A stretch of DNA of 60,264 nucleotides from contig PWYM01000267.1 of the NCBI GenBank assembly GCA_003567855.1, forward strand, positions 1 through 60,264. The letters are read 5' to 3'. Positions 38,957-51,992 of this stretch are shown piece after piece. The translations under genes and the position numbers were made by a program. The DNA is from Gammaproteobacteria bacterium. GTDB lineage: Bacteria > Pseudomonadota > Gammaproteobacteria > Steroidobacterales > PWYM01. Below the pieces are notes generated by a model. It searched no databases. It saw only the letters and a program-made list of their open reading frames with translations, and was not told the origin of the DNA. Numbering within the stretch: position 1 is the stretch's first letter; the number at the start of each line of letters is the position of its first letter.

Positions 38957-39583
38957 ATGAGCTATTCACCGCTGGTCACCGAGCTGATCGATGCCTTGCG
39001 CCGGCTGCCGGGTGTTGGCCGCAAGAGCGCGCAGCGCATGGCCTTCCACCTGCTCGAGCACGACCGCGATGGCGCCAGCCGACTCGCGGGCGCATTGCAG
39101 GAAGCCGTCGCGCGTATCGGAAACTGCCAATCCTGCCGGATGCTCACCGAGCAGGCCCATTGCGAGGTCTGCCGCTCCAGTCACCGCAGTACCGCGCTGC
39201 TGTGCGTCGTCGAGTCACCCGCCGACGTGATCGCGATAGAAGACACGGGCAGTTTCGAGGGCCGCTACTTCGTGCTGATGGGCCACCTGTCTCCGCTGGA
39301 TGGCGTGGGCCCCGCCGAGCTCGGTCTCGACCGTCTGCAGTCGATACTGGCCAGCGGTGACGTCGAGGAGCTGATCATCGCGACCGGCGCCACCGTGGAA
39401 GGCGAGGCCACGGCTGACCTGCTCGCCGATCTGGCGGCACAGCATGGCGTGAACGCGTCGCGCATCGCGCATGGCGTACCCATAGGCGGCGACCTCGAGT
39501 ATGTCGATGCCGGCACGCTGTCGCGCGCGCTTTCGGGGCGTCGCCGGCTCGCCCGCGGCGCGGGCGGCCACGAGGACATCTGA
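38957..39583 (+). CDS. recR: Recombination mediator RecR
   Basis: LPGVG.KSAQR HhH, C4 zinc finger, Toprim CVVE, EGEATA, G.PIGG.LEY.D. Confidence 0.96.
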   Translation: MSYSPLVTELIDALRRLPGVGRKSAQRMAFHLLEHDRDGASRLAGALQEAVARIGNCQSCRMLTEQAHCEVCRSSHRSTALLCVVESPADVIAIEDTGSFEGRYFVLMGHLSPLDGVGPAELGLDRLQSILASGDVEELIIATGATVEGEATADLLADLAAQHGVNASRIAHGVPIGGDLEYVDAGTLSRALSGRRRLARGAGGHEDI

Positions 39584-39623
39584 GCTTCACGGCGGGGCCG
39601 CCCGCCGGACCGAACAAGGGGGA

Positions 39624-39992
39624 ATGCCGATGGCGGAGATAGTGAGCGACCCGGATTGCCTGTTCTGCCGGATGGTCGCCGGCGAGATCGCCGTCGATCG
39701 CGTGTACGAGGACGAAAACGTGCTCGCGTTCAACGATATCAATCCACAGGCGCCGACCCACGTGCTGATCATTCCGCGTACCCACATCGCGACCGTCAAC
39801 GACCTGCAGCCCGACCATCACGCACTCGCAGGGCGGCTCTACACGGTCGCCGCGAGAATCGCGCGTGAGCGCGGGGTCGCCGACGACGGCTACCGGCTGG
39901 TCATGAACTGCAATGCCGATGGCGGCCAGTCGGTCTATCACATCCATCTGCACCTGCTCGCCGGCCGCAGGATGCAGTGGCCACCCGGTTGA
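39624..39992 (+). CDS. hinT: Histidine triad nucleotide-binding protein
   Basis: CLFC, DINPQAPTH, GQSVYHIHLH, WPPG. Confidence 0.92.
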   Translation: MPMAEIVSDPDCLFCRMVAGEIAVDRVYEDENVLAFNDINPQAPTHVLIIPRTHIATVNDLQPDHHALAGRLYTVAARIARERGVADDGYRLVMNCNADGGQSVYHIHLHLLAGRRMQWPPG

Positions 39993-39996
39993 AGCC

Positions 39997-40950
39997 TCAG
40001 CGGCGCACCCGCGGATCGTTGAAGCGCTCGGCGAGCTGCAGCAGCTGCGCGTAGCTCTGGTAGCGACGCTGCGACACTTCACCTGCTTCAACTGCCCGCA
40101 GCACCGCGCATCCCGGTTCAGCGCGATGGTGGCAGTCCTGGAACCGGCACGCGTCGGCGCGCGCGACGATCTCCGGATAGCCCCGCTGCACGTCAGCCGG
40201 TGGCGGCAGCGGCGGGCTGTAACCACGTACGCCCGGCGAGTCGATGACCGCACCTCCGCCCGGCAGCCGGAACAGCGTGGCCGTCGTCGTCGTGTGACGA
40301 CCTTCGCGGGTGCGCGCCGAAATGTCGCCCACCGGCTGTGAGGCCGCGGGCACCAGCGCGTTGACCAGCGACGACTTGCCCACGCCGGACTGGCCGACGA
40401 AGCTTGCAACCTCGTCGGCAAGCGCTGCGGCGAGTCCGGCAAGGTCATCTTCAGCTGCGTCGCCGACGCGCGTTCGCATCACCGTGTAACCGGCTGCTGC
40501 ATAGTAGTCGAGGCCGCTGGACAGCGCGGGCGACCAGTGGTCGCGCAGATCGGCCTTGTTGGCCACGACCAGCGCGCGCAACCCCAGTAACCCGGCCGCG
40601 CACAGGTAGCGGTCGGCAATGAACAGGTCGGGTGGCGGTAATGGCGCGATGACGACGACCAGCATCGTCAGGTTCGCCGCAAGCGGTTCGGGACGGCCCC
40701 GGCTGTCTATGCGCTCGAGGCACGACCGGCGCCGTCCCACCCGCACAATCCGTCCCGGGTCACCGTTGCGTGCGGGCAGAAAATCGACCTCGTCGCCAGC
40801 CACCGGCCGCAGGTTGCGCCGGGCCGCAAGACAGTGGTCACGGGTGCCGTCCACGCGGTCCTCGACGAGAAAGCCGCTTCTGTAGCGCGCGACGACGACG
40901 CCCGTGCGGGTGTCGCGCTGCGGGGGTGGCTGGGGTCGCGCGCGTGTCAT
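39997..40950 (-). CDS. rsgA: Ribosome small subunit-dependent GTPase
   Basis: [31 protein letters not shown]. Confidence 0.94.
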   Translation of the reverse strand: MTRARPQPPPQRDTRTGVVVARYRSGFLVEDRVDGTRDHCLAARRNLRPVAGDEVDFLPARNGDPGRIVRVGRRRSCLERIDSRGRPEPLAANLTMLVVVIAPLPPPDLFIADRYLCAAGLLGLRALVVANKADLRDHWSPALSSGLDYYAAAGYTVMRTRVGDAAEDDLAGLAAALADEVASFVGQSGVGKSSLVNALVPAASQPVGDISARTREGRHTTTTATLFRLPGGGAVIDSPGVRGYSPPLPPPADVQRGYPEIVARADACRFQDCHHRAEPGCAVLRAVEAGEVSQRRYQSYAQLLQLAERFNDPRVRR

Positions 40951-41039
40951 GCGTCGGCAGTATAGCGCCCGGAGTGTGGCCGACGCCGGCTTGCGACCCC
41001 GTTATACTGCAGCCTGGAGAATACGGAGTCAGCGGCGGA

Positions 41040-41612
41040 ATGGAACCCAGTGCCGACAACCTGATCTGGCTGGATATCGAGATGACCGGGCTCGACCCCG
41101 AGCGTGACCGCATCATCGAGATGGCAACCGTGGTCACCGACCGGGAGCTGCACGTGCTCGCCGAAGGCCCGACACTGGTCGTGCACCAGAGCGACGAGGT
41201 GCTCGACGCCATGGACGAATGGAATACGCGCCAGCACGGAGGATCGGGCCTGATCGGGCGCGTGCGCCACAGCAGCATGACCGAGCGCGAGGCGGAGCTG
41301 ATCACGCTGACCTTCCTCGGGCAGTGGGTGCCGCCCGGATGCTCGCCGATGTGCGGCAACAGCATCTGCCAGGACCGACGTTTCCTCGCGCGCTACATGC
41401 CGGAACTGTCCGCGTATTTTCACTATCGCCACCTCGATGTCAGTACGCTCAAGATCCTGGCTCGTATGTGGGCGCCAGAGGTTGCCGACGCATTCACGAA
41501 GGAATCCAGTCATCTCGCGCTGGACGACATATACGATTCGATCGCCGAGCTGCGCCACTACCGGGAGCGCCTGCTTCGCGGCGACCTCAGCGCTATGTCA
41601 GGCGCGCGATGA
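41040..41612 (+). CDS. orn: Oligoribonuclease
   Basis: [31 protein letters not shown]; divergent from rsgA. Confidence 0.96.
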   Translation: MEPSADNLIWLDIEMTGLDPERDRIIEMATVVTDRELHVLAEGPTLVVHQSDEVLDAMDEWNTRQHGGSGLIGRVRHSSMTEREAELITLTFLGQWVPPGCSPMCGNSICQDRRFLARYMPELSAYFHYRHLDVSTLKILARMWAPEVADAFTKESSHLALDDIYDSIAELRHYRERLLRGDLSAMSGAR

Positions 41613-42217
41613 CCGACAAGCCTTTTTCGCCCGCATGCGAGCGCAACCGCGAGCCGATTCTCGCGGTGCTGGGCGAGGTATTCGAGCACGCGCACGCCGT
41701 GCTCGAAATCGGGTCGGGGACCGGCCAGCATGCGGTGTACTTTGCGCGAGCATTGCCGCATGTCCAATGGCATCCGAGTGACCGCGCCGAGTATCACGAT
41801 GGCATAGAAGCATGGCGTGCCGACGGGGGTACTGACAACCTGCATCCGCCGCTGCTGCTCGACGTGAACATGCCACAGTGGCCGGTCGTCGACGGTGTCG
41901 ATGCGGTGTTCAGCGCCAACACCGCGCACATCATGAGCTGGCAAGAGGTCTGCCTGATGCTGCGCGGCGTTGCGGCGCTGCTGCCTGGCGGCGCACCATT
42001 CTGCCTTTACGGACCATTCAATCGTGCCGGTGCATTCACCAGCGACAGCAATCGCGAGTTCCACCAGTCGCTGCAGCTTCGGATGCCGCACATGGGACTG
42101 CGCGACATTGACGCGCTGCGCGAAGAGGCCGAGCCGCAAGGACTCATGCTCGAGGCCGTGCACGAGCTTCCGGCCAACAACCTGATGCTCGTGTGGCGTC
42201 GCACACACGCGCCTTGA
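41609..42217 (+). CDS. DUF938 family SAM-dependent methyltransferase-like protein
   Basis: [33 protein letters not shown]. Confidence 0.9.
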   Translation: MTDKPFSPACERNREPILAVLGEVFEHAHAVLEIGSGTGQHAVYFARALPHVQWHPSDRAEYHDGIEAWRADGGTDNLHPPLLLDVNMPQWPVVDGVDAVFSANTAHIMSWQEVCLMLRGVAALLPGGAPFCLYGPFNRAGAFTSDSNREFHQSLQLRMPHMGLRDIDALREEAEPQGLMLEAVHELPANNLMLVWRRTHAP

Positions 42218-42257
42218 GTGGCTTGCGGGCACGCCGGTGCCCGTGCAGTAAGCGGTT

Positions 42258-42890
42258 TCAGTGGCGTGCGGGGGCGCGGCTGCGCAGCCAGAAGTAGTAG
42301 ACGATGCCGGTGAGCGCGCCGCCGAGGTGCGCGCCATGGCCGATGGGCAGTCCGCCACCGTCGAGCTGCGCGGTGAGCCCCCAGATGTCTATCGCGATGA
42401 ACGCCAGCGCGGCGAGCAGCGCTGGCGCCGGGAGGATGCCGAAGATCAGGATCTTCTGGCGCGGGAACGACAGCGAGAACAGCAGCAGCAGCCCGGCCAC
42501 GGCGCCCGAGGCACCCAGTGCCGGCAGCTCCGGGGGGCGGCCCAGCAGCAGTGTCGAAGTGGCCGCATGTGCGATGCCGCTGACCACGGCAGCGACAAGG
42601 TAAAACGCGAGAAAGCGCTTCACACCCATCAGGATTTCGAGTACCCGCCCGAAACTCCACAGCACCAGCATGTTGATCATCAGGTGCAGCAGCATGTTGT
42701 GCGAGAACGCGGAGCCGACGAGCACCCAGTAGCGCCCGTCGGCCAGATGCTGCCAGCTGACGAGAAAGTTCGCCGCCATCAACTCCACCGGCAACATGAA
42801 CCATGCTGCGAACACGGCGATGTTGATGGCCACCAGGATCGGTACCACGACGGCTGTAGGGTAGTTCGAGGGTTTCTGGTTTGTATCCAA
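42258..42890 (-). CDS. Rhomboid family intramembrane serine protease
   Basis: H...HL..NM, GASG catalytic Ser, AHLGG catalytic His. Start approximate. Confidence 0.9.
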   Translation of the reverse strand: MDTNQKPSNYPTAVVVPILVAINIAVFAAWFMLPVELMAANFLVSWQHLADGRYWVLVGSAFSHNMLLHLMINMLVLWSFGRVLEILMGVKRFLAFYLVAAVVSGIAHAATSTLLLGRPPELPALGASGAVAGLLLLFSLSFPRQKILIFGILPAPALLAALAFIAIDIWGLTAQLDGGGLPIGHGAHLGGALTGIVYYFWLRSRAPARH

Positions 42891-43028
42891 GCGTCTGTCA
42901 GCCGTAATGGTGTGAATCAGCGTGCAGGATAGCGCCGTAGCGATGACGGTGCACGGGCCTGCGCAGGGCGCGCAGTGCGGCCGCACGCGCGGAGGCGGCG
43001 CACGCCGGGTGCACGGCGGTGGCTGGCA

Positions 43029-44408
43029 CTATCCGTCGCTGACGCCGAGCCGGCGGTAAAGCGTGCGTCTGCCGATGCCGAGCACCTCGGCTGCGCGCCG
43101 CTTGTTGCCGCCGAGCTGCTCGAGCACGTGGCGAATGTAGCGCAGTTCTATATCGGCAAGCGGCTGCAGTTCCCCCGGCGTCCAGACGCTGTGCGGCTCG
43201 CTCGTTTCGGCCGGGGCGCGATGCAGGCGCCGGGGCAGCGCCGCCGCCTCGATGGTGTCGTCGTTGCTGAACGCAACCGCGCGCTCGAGCGCGTTGGACA
43301 GTTCCCGCACGTTGCCCGGGAAGCGGTAAGCGCGCAGCAGTTCAAGCGCATCCGGGGCCAGTGCGGGCGTGTCGCCGCCGGCCGGCGAGAAGCGCGCGAT
43401 GAAGTGGGCGGCGAGCAGCTCCATGTCATCGCCGCGTTCGCGCAGTGCCGGCACCTCCAGCGTGAACGTCTCCAGGCGGTAGAACAGGTCTTCGCGAAAG
43501 TTGCCCTGCGTGACTTCGGCCTCGAGGTCACGGTTGGTGGCCGCCAGCACGCGTACGTCGACCCGGGCCTCCCGGTTGCCGCCGACCGGCCGCACGCTCC
43601 CGTCCTCCAGTACGCGCAGCAGCTTGGCCTGCATCTCTACAGGCATTTCTCCAATTTCGTCGAGCAGCACGGTACCGCGTGAAGCCTCTGCGAAGAGTCC
43701 GTCGCGGGCATTGCGCGCGCCGGTGAACGCGCCGGCCACATGCCCGAAGAGTTCGCTTTCCATCAGTTCGGCCGGGATACCCGCGCAGTTGATCGCGACG
43801 AAAGGGCCGCCCGCGCGGTCGCTCTCTTCATGGATCGCGCGGGCGACGAGTTCCTTGCCGGTGCCCGACTCTCCGGTGATCAGCACCGGGCCCTGCGCGT
43901 TTGCGACCCGGCGGATCTGCTCGAACAGCCGCCGCATCGCGGTGCTGCGCCCGATCATGCCGTGGAAGTCCTCGGAGCCGAGCAGCGTCCGGTAGTGGGC
44001 AACCTCCTCGCGCAGGCGACGCGTCTCGAGCGCGCGTTCGACTGCAAGTCGCAGGTGGTCGAGCTTCAGCGGCTTGGTCAGAAAGTCGTCGGCGCCCACT
44101 TTCAGCGCTTCCACAGCCTGCTCGACCGTGCCGAAAGCCGTGATCATGATGAACGCGGGGGGGATCGACGCCTCCTTCAGCTCGCGCAGCAGCGCGAGCC
44201 CGTCCTGGCCGGGCAGACGCAGGTCGCTGACGACCAGCGCCGCGGGCCGCGAGCGATGGGCGGCGAGCGCTTCCTGTACGTCGCCCGCGGTACGCACGTC
44301 GTGGCCGGCATCGCCGAGCTCGTCGGCGAGCAGCTCGCGCAGCGCGTCGTCATCCTCGACGATCAGCACCGCGGCCTGCGCTCGATTGTGATGCACCACG
44401 CCGCTCAT
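43029..44408 (-). CDS. Sigma54-dependent response regulator (NtrC/AtoC/ZraR family)
   Basis: Receiver (VEDD, DLRLP, KP), GESGTGKE, GAFTGA, LLDEIG, PGNVREL, C-terminal Fis HTH. Confidence 0.95.
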   Translation of the reverse strand: MSGVVHHNRAQAAVLIVEDDDALRELLADELGDAGHDVRTAGDVQEALAAHRSRPAALVVSDLRLPGQDGLALLRELKEASIPPAFIMITAFGTVEQAVEALKVGADDFLTKPLKLDHLRLAVERALETRRLREEVAHYRTLLGSEDFHGMIGRSTAMRRLFEQIRRVANAQGPVLITGESGTGKELVARAIHEESDRAGGPFVAINCAGIPAELMESELFGHVAGAFTGARNARDGLFAEASRGTVLLDEIGEMPVEMQAKLLRVLEDGSVRPVGGNREARVDVRVLAATNRDLEAEVTQGNFREDLFYRLETFTLEVPALRERGDDMELLAAHFIARFSPAGGDTPALAPDALELLRAYRFPGNVRELSNALERAVAFSNDDTIEAAALPRRLHRAPAETSEPHSVWTPGELQPLADIELRYIRHVLEQLGGNKRRAAEVLGIGRRTLYRRLGVSDG

Positions 44409-45880
44409 GCCCGGTGCCCGCTGGTGTTGAGCAGCAGCCGGAAGCGGGCGCCGCCGAGTGGTGATTCGTCCACGGAGATGCGTCCCCCATGCGCTTCGGC
44501 GATCGCGTGCACGACAGAGAGTCCGAGCCCCGTGCCTTCGCCGACGGTTTTGGTCGTGTAGAAAGGTTCGAAGAGGTGCGGGCGCACCGACTCCGGAATG
44601 CCCGGGCCGTCGTCCTCTACGATGAAACCGCGTCCCTCGTCGTCGTCGAACCAGCTGATCCGGACGCGGCCGCGCGGTGTGGCCTGCATGGCATTGCGCA
44701 CGAGGTTGACCAGCGCCTGTTCGACGCGGATGCGGTCGACGTCCAGTGCCGGCCCGTCCCCGTCGCTTTCGCCCGGTGTCTCGATCACGGTATCGCTGCG
44801 TTCCAGGTCCGGTGCGAGCTGCGACAGCGCGCACTGGACCAGCCTGTTCGCATGTTCGGGCCGACGCCGCAACGGGTTCCGACGGGCGAAGTCCATGAGC
44901 TGGCGCACGATATGTTCCATGCGTGCCACTTCTCCACGGATGCGCTCGAAGGCGCGGCGCAGCGGGTCATCGAGCGCGTCGTGGCGCAGGCCGCGCTGTG
45001 CGCTCGCGTCGACGGTGGCGAGCGGTGTGCCCAGCTCGTGTGCGACCCCGGCGGCGAGCTGTCCGACCGCGGCGAGCTTTTCGGACTGCGCGAGCTGCTC
45101 CTTGAGCGTGATTTCCGCGGCCCGGCGCTGCACCAGCTCGCGGTGCGTACTGACGACCCCATCGAGCATCCGGTTGATGCTGCCGGACAGGGCGCGCAGC
45201 TCCAACGGTCCGCTGGTGCCGATCCGGTGGTCAAGGTCGCCGCCGGCCACCCGATCCATCGCCCTTTCCATTCGCGAGACATGCCGGCCGACCGCGCGAT
45301 GGTGGCCGAGGAAGATCACGCCGGTCAGCAGCAGGCCCAGCAGCACGGCGCCGGCCACGGTCCAGGCGCGCAGTTCGGAGAGGTAGTCCTCGAAGTCGCT
45401 GCCGCGCCGGGTGACCTGGAGCAGGCCGATGATGCGGCCACCGGCGTCGGTCAGCGGCTGGAAGTACGAGTAGACCTCCTCGTCGCCGAGGTCCTCGAAG
45501 TCGCCGCCGCGTTCGCGCCCTGTGGCGAGCTGGACGACCTGGTCGCTCGGCATCGCCGCACGCGGCGTTCCGGTGGATGCGATGCGTCTTCCCTGTTCGT
45601 CGTACACGTAGACGCCGTAGACGAGGCCGATGCGCCCGGCCGACAACAGCACGCTTTCGACGCCGGCGAGCTCGCGGTTGGCCAGCGCGTGGCTGAGCGG
45701 CAGCGTCATCGCGCGGGTGACCAGCTCGATGTCTTCCTGCATGCGCGTCGCACCCTGTCGCTCGACCGCGGCGAGGCCGAGCCAAGCGGCGAAGCCGGCG
45801 AGCAGCATGCAGGGCAGCAGGATGAATGCGGTGACGGCGAGCCGAAGCGAATAGCCGCGATAGCGGCGAAGGCGTGGCAC
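44405..45880 (-). CDS. Sensor histidine kinase (HAMP + HisKA + HATPase)
   Basis: Two TM helices, HAMP, AHELGTP H-box, NLVRNA, DDGPG, GTGLGL; overlaps RR start. Confidence 0.93.
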   Translation of the reverse strand: MPRLRRYRGYSLRLAVTAFILLPCMLLAGFAAWLGLAAVERQGATRMQEDIELVTRAMTLPLSHALANRELAGVESVLLSAGRIGLVYGVYVYDEQGRRIASTGTPRAAMPSDQVVQLATGRERGGDFEDLGDEEVYSYFQPLTDAGGRIIGLLQVTRRGSDFEDYLSELRAWTVAGAVLLGLLLTGVIFLGHHRAVGRHVSRMERAMDRVAGGDLDHRIGTSGPLELRALSGSINRMLDGVVSTHRELVQRRAAEITLKEQLAQSEKLAAVGQLAAGVAHELGTPLATVDASAQRGLRHDALDDPLRRAFERIRGEVARMEHIVRQLMDFARRNPLRRRPEHANRLVQCALSQLAPDLERSDTVIETPGESDGDGPALDVDRIRVEQALVNLVRNAMQATPRGRVRISWFDDDEGRGFIVEDDGPGIPESVRPHLFEPFYTTKTVGEGTGLGLSVVHAIAEAHGGRISVDESPLGGARFRLLLNTSGHRA

Positions 45881-45897
45881 GGTGGCAGACTCCGGGC

Positions 45898-45932
45898 ACG
45901 TATGAATGTGCCAACATAGCACATTCATACGT
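45898..45932. promoter_or_regulatory. Perfect 14-bp inverted repeat, candidate operator/enhancer
   Basis: ACGTATGAATGTGC-N7-GCACATTCATACGT, AT-rich, just upstream of the kinase gene. Confidence 0.6.
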
Positions 45933-46059
45933 CAAATCTGTCTCAGGATGACCTCGAAGTGTGCCATATTGGCCATTCCCGCGAAGGTCGGACGTGAATA
46001 CCGTCGGTCGGACCGGCGAAGGTGGACGCCGCCGAACGGTCCGTGAGGTCCGCGCGATC

Positions 46060-46449
46060 TCAGGCCGAGAGGACGAACAGCAGGATCGTGCAGGCCAGGC
46101 CCGCCGTCCACGCCAGCGTGCGCAGCGTCGCCAGATCGGCCATGTAAAGCCCGCCGTAGACGAGGCGTGCGGCGATGAACACGAGCGCGAGCGTGTCTAT
46201 CGTGGCTTGGGAGGTGCCGGCGAGGTGGGCGATGATTACGCCGGCGGCGAACGGTGCGAAGGCCTCGAACGCATTCTGCTGGGCCCAGTTCGCCCGCTGT
46301 GGCCAGCCCTGCAGCCGCGCGAGATAGTCACGTGGCGCGTTGTTGTCGAGGCGCCCCGCGCCAGTACGCATGCCACCAGCCTTCGCGCATGCGGTCCAGA
46401 CTATGGGCATCAGCGCCGCGGCGAGCACGCACCAGTAGGCGATGGTCAT
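46060..46449 (-). CDS. MAPEG family membrane protein
   Basis: DN..PR, RA..A..N.FE, R..Y...Y..D...R motifs. Confidence 0.87.
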   Translation of the reverse strand: MTIAYWCVLAAALMPIVWTACAKAGGMRTGAGRLDNNAPRDYLARLQGWPQRANWAQQNAFEAFAPFAAGVIIAHLAGTSQATIDTLALVFIAARLVYGGLYMADLATLRTLAWTAGLACTILLFVLSA

Positions 46450-46452
46450 GGG

Positions 46453-48819
<2,367 letters not shown>

Positions 48820-48918
48820 CTCAACTCCCTTTGCGCGCTGCTTGGTGACGGCGACCGGCTCGTGCAGAATCAGCCGGGCCCAGCAAACTGGCTGGCGCGG
48901 AACAGCAAGTATCTACAG

Positions 48919-49737
48919 ATGCAGCGAACTGTCTATTTCGTATCGGACCAGACGGGCGTGACGGCGGAAACGCTGGGTCACAGCCTCTTGACACAGTTCG
49001 ACGGCCAGGAATTCCGGCTCGTGACTGTGCCATTTATCGATTCGGTTGACAAGGCAAGAGCCACCGTCGAGCGGATCAACATGGCCGCCGAGCGCGAGGG
49101 CGTGCGGCCGATCGTATTCAGCACGCTGGTACAGGACGAATTGCGCACCGTGGTCCGGCAGGCCAATGCGCTGTTCCTCGATTTTTTCGATGCGTTTCTG
49201 GGCCCGCTGGAGCTTGAGCTGCAGATGCAGTCGACGCATACCCTGGGGCGCGCGCACGGCGTGACCGACACCGCGTCGTACATGCGCCGCATCGAGGCGA
49301 CCAACTTCGCGATGGCCCACGACGATGGTGGCACCGCGCGTAGCTACGAGATGGCCGATGTGATCCTCATCGGCGTGTCAAGGTCGGGGAAGACGCCGAC
49401 ATGCCTCTACATGGCGTTGCAGTATGGCGTGTACGCAGCAAACTATCCGCTGACCGAGGACGAGCTCGAAACCGCGACGCTGCCGCCGGCGATCCGCAGC
49501 TATCGCGACAAGCTCTACGGGCTCACGATCTCGCCCGAGCGGCTGCAGCAGATCCGTCGCGAACGCCGGCCTCACGGCCGCTACGCATCGCCACAGCAGG
49601 TGCGTTTCGAGCTGCGCGCCGCGGAAACGCTGTACAGGCGCCAGTCCATTCCCTTCATCAACACCACTGACAAGTCCATCGAGGAAATTGCCGCGGCCAT
49701 TCTCAACGAGACGGGTGTCGAACGGCGCGTGCGCTGA
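48919..49737 (+). CDS. ppsR: PEP synthase regulatory protein (kinase/pyrophosphorylase, DUF299)
   Basis: VSDQTG.TAE, HDDG, GVSRSGKTP, SIEEIA; divergent from ppsA. Confidence 0.95.
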   Translation: MQRTVYFVSDQTGVTAETLGHSLLTQFDGQEFRLVTVPFIDSVDKARATVERINMAAEREGVRPIVFSTLVQDELRTVVRQANALFLDFFDAFLGPLELELQMQSTHTLGRAHGVTDTASYMRRIEATNFAMAHDDGGTARSYEMADVILIGVSRSGKTPTCLYMALQYGVYAANYPLTEDELETATLPPAIRSYRDKLYGLTISPERLQQIRRERRPHGRYASPQQVRFELRAAETLYRRQSIPFINTTDKSIEEIAAAILNETGVERRVR

Positions 49738-49740
49738 AGC

Positions 49741-51366
49741 TCACACGCGCAGCGTGGGCGCAGACAGCCCCGTGTAGTGCTCGATACGTCCCAGCGACGC
49801 GGCGGTGTGGCCGAGCGCGGCGAGCACATTGCGGCTGGCCTGGGCGATCGCCTCCGGTGCGGTGACATGTTGCTCTAGGTATACGCGCAGCGTCGCCCCG
49901 CGGGTGCCGGTGCCCGACAGCCGGTAGATGATGCGGCTGCCGTCGTCGAGCAGGACCTCGATGCCCTGGTGCTCGGAGTGGCTGCCGTCGACCGGGTCTT
50001 CGTACGCGAAGTCGCGCATCGAGTGAACACCGCGGGGCGGTGCAGCCCCCGGCGTGCAGGCCGCGCGCAGTCCTTCGACCAGGGCGTTTGCAGCATCGGC
50101 GTCGGCGATCTGCCAGTCTTCACGAAGGTAATGATGGCGTCCGAAACGCTGCCAATGCGCGTCGAGCAGTTCAGGGATGCTGCGCCGTGCGTCGGCGAGC
50201 ACGTCCAGCCAGAACAGGACCGCCCAGAGCCCGTCCTTTTCGCGCGCGTGGTGGCTGCTGGTGCCGAAACTCTCCTCTCCGCACAGGCCGAGTTGGCCGT
50301 CCTCGAGCAGGTTGCAGAAGAAACGCCAGCCGGTCGGCGTGACATGACACGGTATGCCCAGCGCGTCGGCGACCGCGTCGATCGCGCGACTGGTGGGCAT
50401 CGAACGGGCGACGCCCGGGAGGCCTTCCCTGTAACCGGGCACCCGGTGATGTTGGGCGGCGAGGACCGCGAGGCTGTCACACGGGTGCACCAGTCCACCC
50501 GGGCCGAGAATCATGTTGCGGTCGCCGTCGCCGTCGGACGCGGCGATCAGGTCCGGCCCACCGGTGGCCTCGGCGGCGCGCAGCAGTTCCGGCGCTTCGA
50601 CGGGATTCGGGTCCGGGTGCAGGCCGCCGAAGTCGGGCAGCGGGGTCGCGCGCTGCACGGCGCCTTCGGGTGCGCCGAGCAGGTCGCAGAAGATGTGCCG
50701 CGCGTACGGGCCGGTGACGGCGTTCATCGCGTCGAAGTGCAGGCGAAACCCGCTCGCAAGCAGCGCCCGGATACGGTCGAAGTCAAACAGCGACTGCATC
50801 AGCGCCGCGTAGTCGCTGACCGGGTCGACGATCTCGATGACGCAATCTCCGAACGCGTGTACGCCGAGGGCGTCCAGCGGCGGGACCGCAAGGTCCGTGC
50901 AGATGCGGTAGGCCCCGATGGATCGGCTGCGCGCGTAAATGGCCTCGGTGAGCGCCTCGGAGGCCTGTCCGCCGCTGGCGACATTGAACTTGATACCGAA
51001 GTCGCCGTCGGGGCCGCCGGGGTTGTGACTCGCGGTCAACAGGAACCCGCCGTCGGCGCGGCGATGGCGGATCAGGTGAGACGCTGCGGGCGTGGACAGC
51101 AGACCGTCACGCCCGATGATCACGCGCGTTACGCCGTTGGCCGCGGCCATGCGGATCAGCGTCTGCAGCGCTTCGGCGTTGAAGTGACGGCCGTCGCCAC
51201 CGGCAATCAGTGTGGCGCCGTCCGGCAGGTCAGCGATGTCGAACACGCTCTGGAGGAAGTTCTCGAGGTAGTGCGGTTGCCGGAACGTCGCCACCGGGCG
51301 ACGCAGCCCGGCGGTGCCCGGACGCTGGTCGTCATACGGACGGGTCTCTACCTGCTGATGCTGCAT
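49741..51366 (-). CDS. pgm: Phosphoglucomutase (alpha-D-glucose phosphate-specific)
   Basis: PGTAGLR, TASHNPGG, DGDGDR, CGEESFG, RLSGTGT. Confidence 0.94.
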   Translation of the reverse strand: MQHQQVETRPYDDQRPGTAGLRRPVATFRQPHYLENFLQSVFDIADLPDGATLIAGGDGRHFNAEALQTLIRMAAANGVTRVIIGRDGLLSTPAASHLIRHRRADGGFLLTASHNPGGPDGDFGIKFNVASGGQASEALTEAIYARSRSIGAYRICTDLAVPPLDALGVHAFGDCVIEIVDPVSDYAALMQSLFDFDRIRALLASGFRLHFDAMNAVTGPYARHIFCDLLGAPEGAVQRATPLPDFGGLHPDPNPVEAPELLRAAEATGGPDLIAASDGDGDRNMILGPGGLVHPCDSLAVLAAQHHRVPGYREGLPGVARSMPTSRAIDAVADALGIPCHVTPTGWRFFCNLLEDGQLGLCGEESFGTSSHHAREKDGLWAVLFWLDVLADARRSIPELLDAHWQRFGRHHYLREDWQIADADAANALVEGLRAACTPGAAPPRGVHSMRDFAYEDPVDGSHSEHQGIEVLLDDGSRIIYRLSGTGTRGATLRVYLEQHVTAPEAIAQASRNVLAALGHTAASLGRIEHYTGLSAPTLRV

Positions 51367-51421
51367 GATTCAAGCCACCTTTCTCATGGGCCGGGCACGG
51401 ACTGGATGATATATTCAGATC

Positions 51422-51910
51422 ATGGACGACTACATTGTGCCCGACAGGTTATGTGCGCCGCGGCCGCGAAGTTTCGTGGCGCTCATGGCGCTGTATGAAA
51501 GCAACTGGGACCGGCTGCATGCGCTGGTGCCGGCACTGTCGCGGCTGCGTGGCCCGCAGGTCTCGCGGGTGCACGAGGACTGCGACGTACACCTGGAAGT
51601 GCTCGAGCGTACCCGCTACACGACCACGCTGCGCCTGACCTACCTGTTCGATTGCGGTGACGCGCGCGGCGAGGTGCGTGACCCCGACGTGGTCGTGCGC
51701 GTCTACCACGACGCCCGCCAGGTCGAAGCGATGAACTGCGCGCGCGTGCATCGTCACGAGGTGCTGCGCCGTCTCGCCGCCGCGCACGTCGAACTCGACC
51801 ACCGCTGGAGCCGTAACGTGCTGCTCAACAAGTGGCTCGAGTATCTGCTCGACTGTGGCCACCTGTTCGCCGGGCTGCACAGCCAGGGCGGCACCGGAAC
51901 CGCGGGCTGA
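51422..51910 (+). CDS. DUF1249 (YqiB-like) protein
   Basis: LYESN, RYTT, VRVYHDA..VEA, N..L.KWL.Y....GH. Confidence 0.85.
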   Translation: MDDYIVPDRLCAPRPRSFVALMALYESNWDRLHALVPALSRLRGPQVSRVHEDCDVHLEVLERTRYTTTLRLTYLFDCGDARGEVRDPDVVVRVYHDARQVEAMNCARVHRHEVLRRLAAAHVELDHRWSRNVLLNKWLEYLLDCGHLFAGLHSQGGTGTAG

Positions 51911-51992
51911 ATCACGCTTTGGCGCCGCCGGTCGCGCTAGGCTTGCAGACGGTTTAGGGCGGCCGGAAGGACATCCGGGCAGGATCTGGACG

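Noticed and set aside
42930-42950. Possible sigma54 promoter upstream of the rhomboid gene (minus strand CGGCGCTATCCTGCA)
   Set aside because: GG-to-GC spacing is 9 nt, not the required 10.
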